A stretch of DNA of 34,932 nt from Cellulomonadaceae bacterium (GTDB lineage: Bacteria > Actinomycetota > Actinomycetes > Actinomycetales > Cellulomonadaceae): contig JBQGOU010000001.1 in the NCBI GenBank assembly GCA_052086865.1, positions 1-34,932 of the forward strand, read 5' to 3'. The notes beneath the pieces are model-generated. The model did no database searches. It was not told the DNA's origin and saw only the letters and a program-made list of their open reading frames with translations. This document shows, one piece after another, positions 18,450-29,083 of this stretch. Position 1 is the first letter of the stretch, and each line of letters opens with the position of its first letter. Position numbers and translations under genes: made by a program.

Positions 18450-21400
18450 GTGACGGTGTCGATCAGGGTGATGACGGCCGGTGACGGATACCGGTACCTC
18501 TTGAACTCTGTCGTTATTGGCGACGGCGATCGTGACGCTGCTTCTACGCTGACTAGGTACTACCTCGAGTCGGGAACACCGCCGGGCACCTGGGCAGGAT
18601 CCGGGCTCATCGATCTCTCAGGCGGCGCAGTCGCAGGCGCTGCCGTGAGTGAGGAGCAGTTGCGGCGATTGATGGGGCACGGGCAGGATCCGAACAGTGG
18701 TGAGCAGTTGGGGCGGCCGTACCGGAAGTTCGCGACCGCATCGGAACGGATCGCGCGTCGCGTCGCGAATCTCCCCGACACTCTCGCCGACGAGGAACGT
18801 GCGGCCCAGACTGCGCTGATCGAGGCCGAGGAAGCGGCGAAGCCGACTGGTGCTCCGGTGGCCGGGTTCGATCTGACCTTTTCGGTGCCGAAGTCCGTCT
18901 CCACGCTCTGGGCGGTCGCTGACGGTGGGACGCAGGCGTTGATCGCTCAGGCGCATCACGCGGCGATCCAGGATGTGATCGACCTGTTGGAGCGTGATGT
19001 TGCGATGACGCGTGTCGGTACGAAGGGGCCGCGGGGCGCGGTCGCGCAGGTCGAGGTACGGGGTGTGATCGCGGCCGCCTACGATCACTACGACTCGCGT
19101 GCGTCTGATCCGCAACTGCACACGCATGTGGTGGTCGCGAACCGTGTCCAGGCCGTCCTTGACGGGAAGTGGCGGACTCTCGATTCCCGTGCGATCCATG
19201 CGGCAGTGACGGGACTGTCGGAGCATTACAACGCGGTTCTCTCCGACCACCTCGCCCAGACGCTCGGAGTCGCATGGGAAGCGCGCGAGCGTGGTGCGGG
19301 GCGGTCGACGGCGTGGGAGATCGCCGGGGTTCCGCAGGAGCTGATGGACGAGTTCTCTTCCCGCACTCGCGATATCGAGCAGGTCAAGGACCGCCTCGTC
19401 GCCGACTACGTGGCTAGGCATGCGAGGCAGCCGTCGCCGAAGTTGTTGTGGCAGTTCCGGCAACAGGCCACGTTGGAGACGCGGCCTCCAAAGCAGCACC
19501 ATTCGCTGGGCGACCTCACGACCGGGTGGCGGCAACGCGCGACTCAGGTTCTTGGGGAGGATGCGCCGACGTGGGCCACAACGCTCCTGGCTGGGAGTGC
19601 CGGGGAGCCGTTGCTGCGCGCAGACGACATCCCGCTCGGTGATCTCGAACAGGTTGCCGAAGTGGTGGTGGCGCGGGTGAGTGATCGGCGGGCGACGTGG
19701 AAACGATGGAACCTTCATGCCGAGGTTGTCCGCCAGACGATGGGACTCCGGTTCGCGTTTGCGACTGACCGCGACCACATCACTCAGCAGATCGTCGACG
19801 CGGCAGAACGCGTGTCGCTGCGGTTGACCCCGCCGGAGCTGGCGTCGAGCCCGGAGACGTTCCGTCGCCCGGATGGGTCCAGCGTGTTCCGTCCGAAGGC
19901 CGCGACCGTGTTCTCCTCCGAACAGGTCCTCGCCGCGGAGGACCGTCTCCTGGCCGCTTCGAACGACAGGAATGCACCAACGGTGCCACTCGCGTGGGTC
20001 GAGCAGGCGGCGCGGACGAAGAACCGAGACGGGCATGTACTGTCGGCGGATCAGGAGCGGGCGATCGCGAAGATCGGCGTCTCCGCCCGCACGCTCGACG
20101 TGTTGGTCGGCCCCGCGGGGACGGGGAAGACGACGACGATGTCCGCGCTGCGGCGCGCGTGGGAGAAACACTACGGTGCAGGGTCTGTGGTCGGTCTCGC
20201 GCCGTCTGCGGCTGCCGCCGATGTCCTTGCCGGGGATTTGGGGATCTCGACGGAGAACACGGCGAAGTGGCTCCACGAACACCGCAACGGCACCTGGAAC
20301 CTCACACCCGGGCAGCTCGTCATCATCGACGAAGCCTCCCTCGCCGGAACCCTCGCCCTCGACACCATCACCACCCACGCCGCCGATGCCGGCGCGAAGG
20401 TGCTGCTCGTTGGTGACTGGGCGCAGCTCGGCGCCGTGGATGCAGGTGGGGCGTTCGGGATGCTCGTCCGAGACCGGACTGATGCCCCGGAGCTGACGGA
20501 TGTGAGGCGGTTCCGCAACGACTGGGAGAAACACGCCTCCCTCGGCCTGCGCATCGGCGACACCGATGTCATCGACACCTACCTCAACCACGATCGCATC
20601 ACCCCCGGCCAGTACGAGGACATCCTCGAGCAGGCCTATCAGGGGTGGCGTGCCGACCAGGCTGCGGGGAAAGCGTCGGTATTGATCGCCGAGACCCTCG
20701 ACACCGTCTCCGAACTCAACACCCGCGCCCGCACCGAACGGATCCTCGCAGGCGACGTCGCCCTCGACGGCGTGCGACTCCATGACGGAAACGAGGCTTC
20801 TCGTGGCGACCTGGTCATCACCCGCAAGAACGACCGACGTCTCGCGCTGGGCCGCGGGTGGGTGAAGAACGGCGACCGGTGGACCGTCACCCAAGCTCAC
20901 GACGACGGATCCCTCACCGTACGCCGCGCCCATTCGAAGTTGCGGACCGCAATCACGTTGCCCGCTGCATACGTTGCCGGGAACGTGGAGCTGGGATACG
21001 CGATCACCGCCCACCGTGCCCAGGGCTCCACCGTCGACACCGCGCACGCGATCGTTCACTCCCCGGAGATGACCCGGGAATCCCTGTATGTTGCGATGAC
21101 CCGCGGACGGGAATCCAACCGGGCCTACATCGCGACTGACGAGCATCACCTCGAAGAACACCAGCATCGGGATGACTTGCAGATGACCGCACGGAGCATC
21201 CTCTACGGCATCCTGCAGCACGTCGGTGCCGAGCCGTCCGCACACGAGACCATCACCGCGGAGCAGGACATGTGGGGCTCGCTGGCCCAGCTGGCTGCCG
21301 AGTACGACACCATCGCCCAAGAAGCCCAGCAGGACCGGTGGATCACGCTCCTCGAACACGGCGGCCTCACCCCACCGGCGATCGACGAACTGGTGGCGAC

Positions 21401-21959
21401 GGAGTCGTTCGGGATCCTCACCACCGAACTCCGCCGCCTCGAAGCCGACGGCCACGACATCAATAACCTCCTCCCACGCATCACCCGCGCCGGTGGCCTC
21501 GACGGGGTGGAGGATCTCGGATCGCTGCTGCGCTACCGGATCCAGAAGGTCGCCGCCACCTACCGGCCCTCAACACGTCGTGTGTCGCTGATCGCCGGCC
21601 TCATCCCGCGCGCGACCGGCATCACCGACCCGGCCATGCGGTACGCACTCCAGGAGCGGGAGCAGCTCATGCAGCAACGTCTCGACGCCCTCAGCACCAC
21701 GGCCATCGAACGGCCCGAGCCTTGGATGAGAGGCCTCGACGATCTCGACCCGGATGCACGAGTGACGGCATTGCGTGCGGTGGTCGCGTATCGGGACCGA
21801 TGGGGCATCACCTCCACGAGCCCCCTCGGGCCTGTCCCCGACGATGATGCGCAGAGGATCGATTACGAGCGCGCACGTGCAGCGTTCCTCGTCATGCAGG
21901 ACCGGGAGGCTCCTGATGCCCGCGGGCCTTCGCGGTCGACGGGACGCAGCCTCTCCTGA
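18450..21959 (+). CDS. mobF: MobF (TrwC-type) relaxase fused to an SF1/RecD-like helicase
   Basis: Probable GTG start at 18450 ([17 protein letters not shown]). Tyr motifs GYRYL and [30 protein letters not shown] (HUH triad), Walker [38 protein letters not shown]. Confidence 0.95.
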   Translation: MTVSIRVMTAGDGYRYLLNSVVIGDGDRDAASTLTRYYLESGTPPGTWAGSGLIDLSGGAVAGAAVSEEQLRRLMGHGQDPNSGEQLGRPYRKFATASERIARRVANLPDTLADEERAAQTALIEAEEAAKPTGAPVAGFDLTFSVPKSVSTLWAVADGGTQALIAQAHHAAIQDVIDLLERDVAMTRVGTKGPRGAVAQVEVRGVIAAAYDHYDSRASDPQLHTHVVVANRVQAVLDGKWRTLDSRAIHAAVTGLSEHYNAVLSDHLAQTLGVAWEARERGAGRSTAWEIAGVPQELMDEFSSRTRDIEQVKDRLVADYVARHARQPSPKLLWQFRQQATLETRPPKQHHSLGDLTTGWRQRATQVLGEDAPTWATTLLAGSAGEPLLRADDIPLGDLEQVAEVVVARVSDRRATWKRWNLHAEVVRQTMGLRFAFATDRDHITQQIVDAAERVSLRLTPPELASSPETFRRPDGSSVFRPKAATVFSSEQVLAAEDRLLAASNDRNAPTVPLAWVEQAARTKNRDGHVLSADQERAIAKIGVSARTLDVLVGPAGTGKTTTMSALRRAWEKHYGAGSVVGLAPSAAAADVLAGDLGISTENTAKWLHEHRNGTWNLTPGQLVIIDEASLAGTLALDTITTHAADAGAKVLLVGDWAQLGAVDAGGAFGMLVRDRTDAPELTDVRRFRNDWEKHASLGLRIGDTDVIDTYLNHDRITPGQYEDILEQAYQGWRADQAAGKASVLIAETLDTVSELNTRARTERILAGDVALDGVRLHDGNEASRGDLVITRKNDRRLALGRGWVKNGDRWTVTQAHDDGSLTVRRAHSKLRTAITLPAAYVAGNVELGYAITAHRAQGSTVDTAHAIVHSPEMTRESLYVAMTRGRESNRAYIATDEHHLEEHQHRDDLQMTARSILYGILQHVGAEPSAHETITAEQDMWGSLAQLAAEYDTIAQEAQQDRWITLLEHGGLTPPAIDELVATESFGILTTELRRLEADGHDINNLLPRITRAGGLDGVEDLGSLLRYRIQKVAATYRPSTRRVSLIAGLIPRATGITDPAMRYALQEREQLMQQRLDALSTTAIERPEPWMRGLDDLDPDARVTALRAVVAYRDRWGITSTSPLGPVPDDDAQRIDYERARAAFLVMQDREAPDARGPSRSTGRSLS

Positions 21960-22156
21960 ATCCGGCCCCCACCACGACCTCTTCCTCCCCGAGCTCGAGC
22001 GGCGTAAAGTGTCGGGTACGGCAGGACTCAACCAAGGGCCACCCCAGCGAATCTCAACCTGGATGGCAGCACCTCTCGCCGATCGAGAGCCTCACACCAC
22101 ACACGCACCGGCCGGACAATGTCGACTTGCACTGTGCGTATGAAAGTGAGGCTATC

Positions 22157-22525
22157 GTGCTCATCACCCTCTGGAACCTCAGCATCCGAACCCGCATCTT
22201 CCTGCGCCGCCGGATGCCCACCAACATCCTCCTCGACCGGCTCCGCACCAGAACCGGGCTGAAGTGGGGTGTCCCGGCGATGCTCCTCGGCGTCGTCTAC
22301 ATACTCATCGCCGCCACCTGCACCGGCCTCATCGAGCAAGGCTGGAGCAGATGGCTCTACTTGGTCTTCTTCTGGGCACTCTGGAACGGGCTGAAGTTCT
22401 TGCTCTTCGGACCGTGGAGCCTGATCCTCCTCGCCCGCGTCCGCATACAGGAAGCACGAGCAGACAGAACCCTCCGTGGCAGCGGACGCCTCGAGCAGCC
22501 AGTTGGCTATCTCTCGAACCAGTGA
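22157..22525 (+). CDS. Small membrane protein of unknown function
   Basis: GTG at 22157 after GAAAGTGAGG. Basic N-terminus ([14 protein letters not shown]) then about two TM helices ([14 protein letters not shown]; [15 protein letters not shown]). Overlaps the convergent NACHT gene by 19 bp. Confidence 0.75.
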   Translation: MLITLWNLSIRTRIFLRRRMPTNILLDRLRTRTGLKWGVPAMLLGVVYILIAATCTGLIEQGWSRWLYLVFFWALWNGLKFLLFGPWSLILLARVRIQEARADRTLRGSGRLEQPVGYLSNQ

Positions 22526-25500
22526 TTCCTGGTTGCGATCTCCGCGAGCGGCCGGGTTCGGGTCGCCGATCGTGTGCCGAGTTTGTCGACTGCGATCTGC
22601 ACGAGGTCCGCAGGCCACTCGCCCGGACTATCTAGGATCGACTGAGCGGTCTTAATGGGCATGGCGACGAGTCGGGCAGGGTCGGCCCAGCCTCCGACAG
22701 GCATTGAGGTGCGAGCGTCTGCGAACGTGTCCAGCTTGAGCTTCCTGGTCGATTGTGCTGCCCTCACCACAGATCGGCCGTCGTGTGTTCCGGCCAGGAA
22801 CACGTCCCGAATCTCTGGCTCGAGATGCGGCGGGATCCGCTCACGGGTTGTGTCCGACCCGACGATCCAAACCAACCAGAGAGCTCTGCCCGAAAGCGAG
22901 ATCTGTCGGAGCCGGAGCGCCTCGCTCAGGTCGAGAGTTCGTATGCGGTGCGCAGCCGCGTCGCGTTGCATTGCACGTTCAACAGCACGGAACATTCTGG
23001 GCTCGAGGCGAGTAAGCGCCGAGTCGAACGCCGAGGAGAGTTCGATGATGACGCTGGTCCGTGCGGACTCGAGGAGCGCAATGATCTTGAGCGCCAACGA
23101 CGTCTGGTCGGTGGTGGTTCCCAGGATTTCGTTCCACCATGCAGCATCGGTCTTGTGTGATCGAAAGCCTGTTTCATCTTGTGCTGCACGAGTCAGCGAA
23201 TCGTGTTGAGATCGTAGAGCCATCAGCGAAAGATCCACCGCGTCCGGGGTCATTGATACCGCCCGTCGAAGCAGCCACCCATCACCCCAGAGCTCTGCGA
23301 TCGTGGCAAGGTATTCAAGCCAATCGTTGTCCGTGTTCGGGTCGGAGGAGCCGTTCCGAAGCGAACGACTGCCCTGCGCCGCGCGAGCAGCGAGCGTCGA
23401 TCGTGTCGATGAGCTGACAACGGGTATTGAACGGGTGGCGACGTACGGCCCGGCGAGGACATCTGTGGCGCAGGAGACGAGTATTTCGACATCACTTTCG
23501 GCGCTGACTCTCTCCGCAACCTCCGCGTAGCCCTGGTTCAGGCTGTCGACGATCGCTCGTGCTATCGCGTCGTCGGTTCCGTCATAACCGCCATGGAGCA
23601 GTAGCTCAGCGGACCATTCCGGGGAGTGCATCGTTGCGTTCACGGCACTTCGAAGGTCACCGATCCGATCGGCTGGGAGTCTGGAGAGCACGCGCAGACG
23701 GGAAGCGGTCAGTAACCACTCGTCGGTCGGAGCGAAGCGCGCCCACCACCAACCCGTGAGGTCGTCATCGACGACTGCGTGAGCCAGGAGGCACTGCTCG
23801 ACGAGTACGCGGACGGAACCACGGGGTGTGGCCGGCAGGCGGTCTTGAAGATGAGCTACTGCCTGTGCGCGTCCAGCTTCGTCCCCGAGGCGAAGCGGCG
23901 TCCCCGCCGGATCCAGGATCCCGTCCTCTGCGAGAACAATTCCCGGCCCATCGAGCGCGAAGTCGACAATCTCTCGCATCTCGACGGATGTCAGACTGTC
24001 GTAGATGCGGTCGTTGAGTAGCGTCACCGCCATCGCCCGAACCAACGGGTGCGGTGTGACGCGTTTCTCGACTTCACGGAAGTTCCCCTTCAATCCTCGA
24101 ACCTCGCCGCGTGCTAGTTTGCCGATGAAGAACCTGCAGACGTTCGCCCAGTACGGTCGCTCCAACAGTGCGTTGAGCCCGTCATCTCTTGAGTTCCCGT
24201 TGCCTTTAGGGGTGAGGTTGTCAAAGATGTGGAGCGCCGCGAAGTACTCGCGGAGAGACTGCACTTCAAACTCGAAGGCGTCCTCGCGCTCGACCATGCA
24301 CAACACGCGATCCGTGATTGCGGAGTAGAGCTGGTCTGCAAGTTCTTGCTCGCGCGGGCGTCCCGCAAGGTAGGTGCGAAGCAAATCTCGGAGTTCGTCG
24401 CGTTTGATCGATCCGGCGCTTTGCCCTTCCTCCGCTTTGGTTTGCAGGTACCAGCCGAGGTACGCATGCGTCTCTTCCACGACTCGACGCTGGTCTGCGA
24501 GGAGAGGCTCTTTGTCTTCGCCTTGCTCTCGGTCAAGGAAGGTCTTCAAGTACTCCTCGTAGAGCTCCGTCCGCTGTTGCGGAAGTAGCTGACGGCGATA
24601 GAGGAGATGAAGCAGAATCGCGAGTTGCATCGGATACGACGCAAGCTCGTTGACATGGGGCACATGCTGGCTGTCCATGAAAGTTGTCTGTAGTTTGCTC
24701 GCAGCCTCCTGGGACAGGGCCGATACGTCGCACCACTTCTGGAGGTACTGGAGCCGTAGTCCCTGTGTGAGGCGCTGCAGATGAAGAACCGGGAACACGT
24801 TTGATGCGGTCAGCGGCTGCAGCGAGGTTCCAGGCCGCGTCGCAACGAGGATGACGAGATCCGCAGCGTCCGCTTTGAGTCGCCCCCGCATCAGTGTGAT
24901 CTCCTCGACGACACGCGCCCGTGTGTGGAGGTTCGCGACCTCGTCCAGTCCGTCGAGTGCGAGGAGCACCGGTTCGGTGGCTAGCAGCAGTGCCAGATCG
25001 CGGGCGGTGAAATCGTTGGCTCCGATGTGTCGACCGACGTCCTCGATCACATACTCTTCAAGGCTCCGCCATCCATCGGTGGAGCGGGGAGGTGCCTGAT
25101 GCTTCTGCTTCTTCTTCGACGAGGGCCCGGGCGGCGGCTGGGACGCCCACTGCGCGTACTTGCGCAGTTCGATCCGCACTGGGAACCGAGCCTCGGCTTT
25201 CATGCGGGCCAGATCGGTCTGGCCGGCCGCGTAGCCCTGTTCTCCCAATCTCCCGGCGCGATGGAACTGACACACATACTGCAAGACGGTGGACTTCCCT
25301 TGCCCAGGCCCGCCCACAAGGACCGCATGACCTTTCCAATCCGGATGAAGCAAGGCCTGCGCGGCGCCGGTCACCACGAGTCCTGACTGGCGCTCAAGCC
25401 CGTCCGTATCGCCCGGTGCAGAAGCGGCAATCCTCTCAAGCAACGTTGCCAACGCAGATCCATCACGTCGACACCCGACAGGCACATCGACGAACATGGC

Positions 25501-25935
25501 GTCCACCGACGGGCCGCAGAGGTCAACCTGCTGAAACTGGACTGATCCCTCAGCCGCGAATCGGTCACCCAAGTACGCGCGAAGCGTTCCCTCGAGTTCG
25601 GCCCTCCGGGCCTGGTTCTTTTCGTGGCGCCTCTTGATCGCGATCAAGTCGTCGACCGTGTACCCCGCACCATGATTCGCGTCGATCATCGTGTGATGCG
25701 TCGGACACATCAAGACGAGATTGTCGTATCCATCGACATCGACAAAGCCAGGATCGTAGCGGGGGCCTCCTACGCTTCGTGCCCGAATATGGGCTTCCTC
25801 ACCGATGACCTTGACGCTCGAAGAGCCACCCGCCGTCCTCACGGTGATGGTGAGAGCCTGCAAGCAGCCGGGAAACGCGCACTGGTCATGCGCGCGGGAC
25901 CACAAGGTCTTCCGCGCGGGATCCTTGATGCCCAT
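22507..25935 (-). CDS. HNH endonuclease-NACHT (STAND) NTPase fusion; candidate NLR-like anti-phage protein
   Basis: First ~105 aa: CAFPGC...GEEAHI...GGPRY...[15 protein letters not shown] (Zn-binding HNH). Then Walker [10 protein letters not shown], Walker [11 protein letters not shown], sensor-1 LVATRP, ASYPMQL (GxP-like), winged-helix [14 protein letters not shown], and a long uncharacterised C-terminus. RBS GGGAG. Confidence 0.85.
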   Translation of the reverse strand: MGIKDPARKTLWSRAHDQCAFPGCLQALTITVRTAGGSSSVKVIGEEAHIRARSVGGPRYDPGFVDVDGYDNLVLMCPTHHTMIDANHGAGYTVDDLIAIKRRHEKNQARRAELEGTLRAYLGDRFAAEGSVQFQQVDLCGPSVDAMFVDVPVGCRRDGSALATLLERIAASAPGDTDGLERQSGLVVTGAAQALLHPDWKGHAVLVGGPGQGKSTVLQYVCQFHRAGRLGEQGYAAGQTDLARMKAEARFPVRIELRKYAQWASQPPPGPSSKKKQKHQAPPRSTDGWRSLEEYVIEDVGRHIGANDFTARDLALLLATEPVLLALDGLDEVANLHTRARVVEEITLMRGRLKADAADLVILVATRPGTSLQPLTASNVFPVLHLQRLTQGLRLQYLQKWCDVSALSQEAASKLQTTFMDSQHVPHVNELASYPMQLAILLHLLYRRQLLPQQRTELYEEYLKTFLDREQGEDKEPLLADQRRVVEETHAYLGWYLQTKAEEGQSAGSIKRDELRDLLRTYLAGRPREQELADQLYSAITDRVLCMVEREDAFEFEVQSLREYFAALHIFDNLTPKGNGNSRDDGLNALLERPYWANVCRFFIGKLARGEVRGLKGNFREVEKRVTPHPLVRAMAVTLLNDRIYDSLTSVEMREIVDFALDGPGIVLAEDGILDPAGTPLRLGDEAGRAQAVAHLQDRLPATPRGSVRVLVEQCLLAHAVVDDDLTGWWWARFAPTDEWLLTASRLRVLSRLPADRIGDLRSAVNATMHSPEWSAELLLHGGYDGTDDAIARAIVDSLNQGYAEVAERVSAESDVEILVSCATDVLAGPYVATRSIPVVSSSTRSTLAARAAQGSRSLRNGSSDPNTDNDWLEYLATIAELWGDGWLLRRAVSMTPDAVDLSLMALRSQHDSLTRAAQDETGFRSHKTDAAWWNEILGTTTDQTSLALKIIALLESARTSVIIELSSAFDSALTRLEPRMFRAVERAMQRDAAAHRIRTLDLSEALRLRQISLSGRALWLVWIVGSDTTRERIPPHLEPEIRDVFLAGTHDGRSVVRAAQSTRKLKLDTFADARTSMPVGGWADPARLVAMPIKTAQSILDSPGEWPADLVQIAVDKLGTRSATRTRPLAEIATRNHWFER

Positions 25936-26034
25936 CCGTCTCCCGTGGTCGAAGTTCCTCTTATCCTCCCAGGTTGCGCTGACAACACGGCGTCGGATGG
26001 ATGAAGGAGTGCGATAGATCGGGACGGGCTTTCA

Positions 26035-26074
26035 CTCGATGGGCAAGACCGAGCCTCGATGGGCAAGACCGAGC
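26035..26074. repeat. Perfect 20-bp tandem duplication
   Basis: CTCGATGGGCAAGACCGAGC at 26035-26054 and again at 26055-26074. Confidence 0.95.
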
Positions 26075-26147
26075 GCGCCACGCTGGTTAGGAGCAGTGGC
26101 GGGCAGCCTGTGGGAGCTTCCAGCCGCTCAGCTACCTCGGGACGCCG

Positions 26148-26642
26148 CTAGCCAGCGGACGGGCTGGAGGCAGAAACCGCGGGCACGAGCGGAGGGCGCA
26201 TTGTCACACCGCGCTCCTTCAAGTAGCGGCCGATCGTGCCCTGCGCGACGCCGAAGTGCGCGCCGACCTGAGCGAGCGTCTGTCCCGCCAGGTACATCGC
26301 CGCAGCGGTGTCCACCTGTCCTGGTTCAAGACCCTGCCGCCGGATCTTCACCCCCGCCGCCCGGAGCCGCTTCAACACCGTCAACCGGTCAAGACCACGA
26401 GCAGTGCCGATCTCCCGGGCGGACATCCCCGACTCGTAATCAGCCCGGAGCGCGGCGATCAGTTCGGGCGTGTACGAAGTTGGAGCTTTCTCAACTGCAC
26501 AGGAAACCAGCCCCCGAGTGTCCGTAACAGGGGCCACCTCACCCAACTCGCGGACCAGCGCAATCCCCGCCTTCGCCCGAGATATCAACGATCTCAGAGG
26601 CCGGCGCGAGTTTGGAACTTGGTCCAGCCAGGAGCACCCCAC
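26148..26642 (-). CDS. Tandem helix-turn-helix protein (start uncertain; frame crosses the att-like site)
   Basis: Two HTH units: YESGMSAREIGTARGLDRLTVLKRLRAAGV and YLAGQTLAQVGAHFGVAQGTIGRYLKERGV. No clear ATG/RBS inside the element; the frame stays open across 26622-26638. Confidence 0.65.
   Translation of the reverse strand: MGCSWLDQVPNSRRPLRSLISRAKAGIALVRELGEVAPVTDTRGLVSCAVEKAPTSYTPELIAALRADYESGMSAREIGTARGLDRLTVLKRLRAAGVKIRRQGLEPGQVDTAAAMYLAGQTLAQVGAHFGVAQGTIGRYLKERGVTMRPPLVPAVSASSPSAG
26622..26638 (+). other. tRNA 3'-end remnant (att-type direct repeat; right island boundary)
   Basis: GT-CCAGC-CAGGAGC-A-CC fits T-loop end, T-stem 3' strand, acceptor 3' strand, discriminator and CC. The 5' half of the T-arm and the rest of the tRNA are absent. 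Confidence 0.55.
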
Positions 26643-26644
26643 GT

Positions 26645-26687
26645 AAGGCCCTGACCAGCGGATACGCGCCGCAATGGTGGGGGCCTT
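26645..26687 (+). terminator. Terminator-like hairpin following the tRNA remnant
   Basis: Nested stems AAGGCCC/GGGCCTT, ACCA/TGGT and GCGG/CCGC. Confidence 0.65.
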
Positions 26688-26760
26688 CGTCGTATGTGGT
26701 GACCCGGGTGCCGGACCTTGGACCCTGGTGAGGGCGCACCCGACCTGGTGGGGTGAGCAG

Positions 26761-27405
26761 ATGAGCGCACACCCGATCCGCACTGCACTGCTGACCGCCG
26801 TGGCCGTTGCGGGCACAGCCGTTGTCCTGCGTCGCCGTCAGCTGCGCTGGGGCGCCACGGCGGACGAGGGCCGTGCCGTGCTGCCGGGCGACGACCTCGT
26901 CCCCCGTGCCAACGTGACGGCCACCCGCGCCGTGTCGATTGACGCGCCGCCCAGCGCCGTCCTGCCGTGGCTGCGCCAGCTCGGGTACCGCCGCGGCGGC
27001 TTCTACACCTACGACGCGCTGGAGAACCTGGTGGGCCTCGACCTGCACAGTGCGGACCGCGTGCACCCCGAGTGGCAGGCGGAGCAGGGCGATGACGTCC
27101 ACCTGGCCGAGAACGTACCGCTGCGCGTCGAGGTCCTCGACGAAGGTGTCCTCGTCGAGGGTGGCGGTGCCGTGGTGCTGCACGGGGTCGAGACCGCCGG
27201 TCCGCCGATGCCCTTCGACTTCAGCTGGGCCTTCGTGGTCCGCCCATCGCCGAGCGGCGGTTCCCGGCTTCTGATCAGGGAACGCTATGGGTACCGCACG
27301 GCGGCGGCGGTGCCGATCGTCGAGCTGACGATCCCGATATCCTGGCTGATGACGCAGCGGATGCTGCGCGGTCTGCGCGAGCGCGCTACTGCTCCTTCGC
27401 CATGA
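26761..27405 (+). CDS. SRPBCC-family protein
   Basis: ATG at 26761. WGATADE...LPGDDLVP...TRAVSIDAPPSAVLPWLRQLG..RGGFYTYDALEN, SWAFVV, SRLLIRER, MTQRMLRGLRERA. Confidence 0.8.
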   Translation: MSAHPIRTALLTAVAVAGTAVVLRRRQLRWGATADEGRAVLPGDDLVPRANVTATRAVSIDAPPSAVLPWLRQLGYRRGGFYTYDALENLVGLDLHSADRVHPEWQAEQGDDVHLAENVPLRVEVLDEGVLVEGGGAVVLHGVETAGPPMPFDFSWAFVVRPSPSGGSRLLIRERYGYRTAAAVPIVELTIPISWLMTQRMLRGLRERATAPSP

Positions 27406-29032
27406 AGCGTGCGGCGCGCAGCCCGAACACGCCAGCCGGTCCGATCGTCGAGCCAGGACCGGGGTAGGTGCGCCCCATCACCGACGCCGCGCAGTTGCCG
27501 GCCGCGAACAGGCCCTCGATCACCGAACCGTCCTCGCGCAGCGCACGCCCGTCGCCGTCGGTGACGACGCCGCCTTTGGTCCCCAGGTCGCCCAGCACTA
27601 CGCGGTAGGCGGTGAACGGGCCCTTGGCGACCAGGCCGAGGTTGGGGTTGGGATGGACGGTCGGGTCCCCGTAGTAGCGGTCGTAGGCCGAGTTGCCGCG
27701 GCCGAAGTCCCCGTCGACACCGGAGCGGGCGAAGCCGTTGAAACGCTGCACGGTCTCGGCCAGCACGCGGCCCTCGACTCCGATGCGCGTCGCGAGTTCG
27801 GCCAGGGTGCGCGCCTTGACGGAGATGCCCTGTTCCTTCAGGGCCTTGGTGACCCGCGGGTCCATGGCGAATGTCCGGAAGTAGCGTCGCGTGTAGGTGG
27901 CGTCGAGGATCAGCCAGTACGGACCATCGCCGCCGTCGTGCTCGAGCATGTGGTGCCCGAGGTCCACGTAGGACTCGGACTCGTTCGCGAAGCGCCTGCC
28001 CTCGGAGTCGACCATGATCGAGTGCGGCATCGATCTCTCGCCCACGATGAACAACGGGGAGAACCCCTCGGCCGCTGCGATCGATCCGCCCCACCAGGCA
28101 TCGTCCATCAGCTCGAGTGCGGCGCCCGCTTCCTGGGCGATCTTGATCGGCACGCCGAGGTTGCCGGGGTTGCCCGACGACTCGCCCGTCACCTTCTGGT
28201 AGCGGTGGCGCCACTCCTGGTTCCAGTCGAATCCGCCGGCCGCGAGCATGACGCCGCGACGGGCGCCGATGGTGACCGGGCGGCCGTCCTTGACGACCGT
28301 GACGCCCGTGACGCGGCCGTCCTCGGTCACCAGGCCCTCGAGGGGGCACTCGAGCCAGAGCGGGACCGCGCCGTCGATCAGCACCGCCTTGCCGAAGGCG
28401 GCCGCCCAGGCGTTGCCGATGCCGACCAGCCGCTTGCCGGTCAGCACCCCGCCCGCGATGCGGCCGAGGACCTGGGCGCCGCGAACCATTCCGGAGACGG
28501 TCGACCATGCTCGCCCCAGCAGCCAGACGTCGTTGGTCATCGCCGGCAGCGGCACTGCGCCGCGCAAGGAGTCCCACCAGTTCCCGAGGGCCTTGGAGTC
28601 GAGTGGCTTGAGCTCGATGCTGCGCCCGATCTTGCCGCCGGGCAGCTCGGGGTAGTAGTCCGGGTAGTCGGTGGCGCGGGCGAAGACGGCACCGTGCCGC
28701 TCGGCGGTGGTGACGAAGTCCTCCACCCCATCAACGAACGCCTCCTTGCGGGCACGGTCCGAGGCCCTGCCGACATCGCCGACCGTCGCCTCCAGGTACG
28801 TCAGCGCCTCCTCGCGCGAGTCGCCGACGCCGTCGCGTCGCATCAAGGGGTTGTCGGGCAGCCACATGCCGCCGCCGGACATCGCCGTGCTCCCGCCCCA
28901 CTTGTCGGTGGACTCGACGATCAGGACGGACAGGCCTGCGTCGACGGCGCCCAGGGCGGTGGCGAGGCCTGCGCCTCCACTGCCCACCACGACGACGTCG
29001 ACAGTGTGCTCGAACGAACTCGTGTCGGTCAT
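27386..29032 (-). CDS. kstD: FAD-dependent 3-ketosteroid-delta1-dehydrogenase-like flavoprotein
   Basis: VVVGSGGAG dinucleotide-binding motif, GGSTAMSGGGMWLPDN, YPDYYPE, NESESYVD, GTKGG, YPGPGSTIGP. Substrate not established. Confidence 0.8.
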   Translation of the reverse strand: MTDTSSFEHTVDVVVVGSGGAGLATALGAVDAGLSVLIVESTDKWGGSTAMSGGGMWLPDNPLMRRDGVGDSREEALTYLEATVGDVGRASDRARKEAFVDGVEDFVTTAERHGAVFARATDYPDYYPELPGGKIGRSIELKPLDSKALGNWWDSLRGAVPLPAMTNDVWLLGRAWSTVSGMVRGAQVLGRIAGGVLTGKRLVGIGNAWAAAFGKAVLIDGAVPLWLECPLEGLVTEDGRVTGVTVVKDGRPVTIGARRGVMLAAGGFDWNQEWRHRYQKVTGESSGNPGNLGVPIKIAQEAGAALELMDDAWWGGSIAAAEGFSPLFIVGERSMPHSIMVDSEGRRFANESESYVDLGHHMLEHDGGDGPYWLILDATYTRRYFRTFAMDPRVTKALKEQGISVKARTLAELATRIGVEGRVLAETVQRFNGFARSGVDGDFGRGNSAYDRYYGDPTVHPNPNLGLVAKGPFTAYRVVLGDLGTKGGVVTDGDGRALREDGSVIEGLFAAGNCAASVMGRTYPGPGSTIGPAGVFGLRAARFMAKEQ

Positions 29033-29050
29033 GAATGCTCCCTCGCTCTA

Positions 29051-29068
29051 CCGGACAACCATGTCCGG
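29051..29068. promoter_or_regulatory. TetR operator palindrome
   Basis: CCGGACA-ACCA-TGTCCGG, a perfect 7-bp inverted repeat in the 51-bp divergent region. Confidence 0.7.
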
Positions 29069-29083
29069 ATCTAGGATTCAAGC

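Larger units (their letters stand above)
18100..26638. mobile_element. Core of a tRNA-integrated mobilisable element (IME); may extend left through the uptake cluster beyond position 1
   Basis: MobF relaxase, visibly lower-GC cargo gene, HTH ORF and a tRNA 3' remnant with terminator at the right end. No integrase, coupling protein or T4SS in the window; left boundary not seen. Confidence 0.6.

Noticed and set aside
18618-21455. 945-aa ORF antisense to the relaxase, and similar long antisense ORFs (1547-3589, 3999-5858, 27653-29074, 32882-34597)
   Set aside because: Shadow ORFs expected from high-GC codon bias; no motifs, and each lies opposite a well-supported gene.
22073-22089. CTCTCG-N5-CGAGAG hairpin after mobF as a terminator
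   Set aside because: Only a 6-bp stem with no U-tract; expected by chance at this GC content.
26035-26074. Possible CRISPR mini-array
   Set aside because: The two repeats are directly adjacent with no spacer, and there are no cas genes in the window.
26560-26640. Intact tRNA gene
   Set aside because: Only about 17 nt of the 3' end fit; there is no GTTCGA T-loop, D arm, anticodon arm or complementary 5' acceptor strand.
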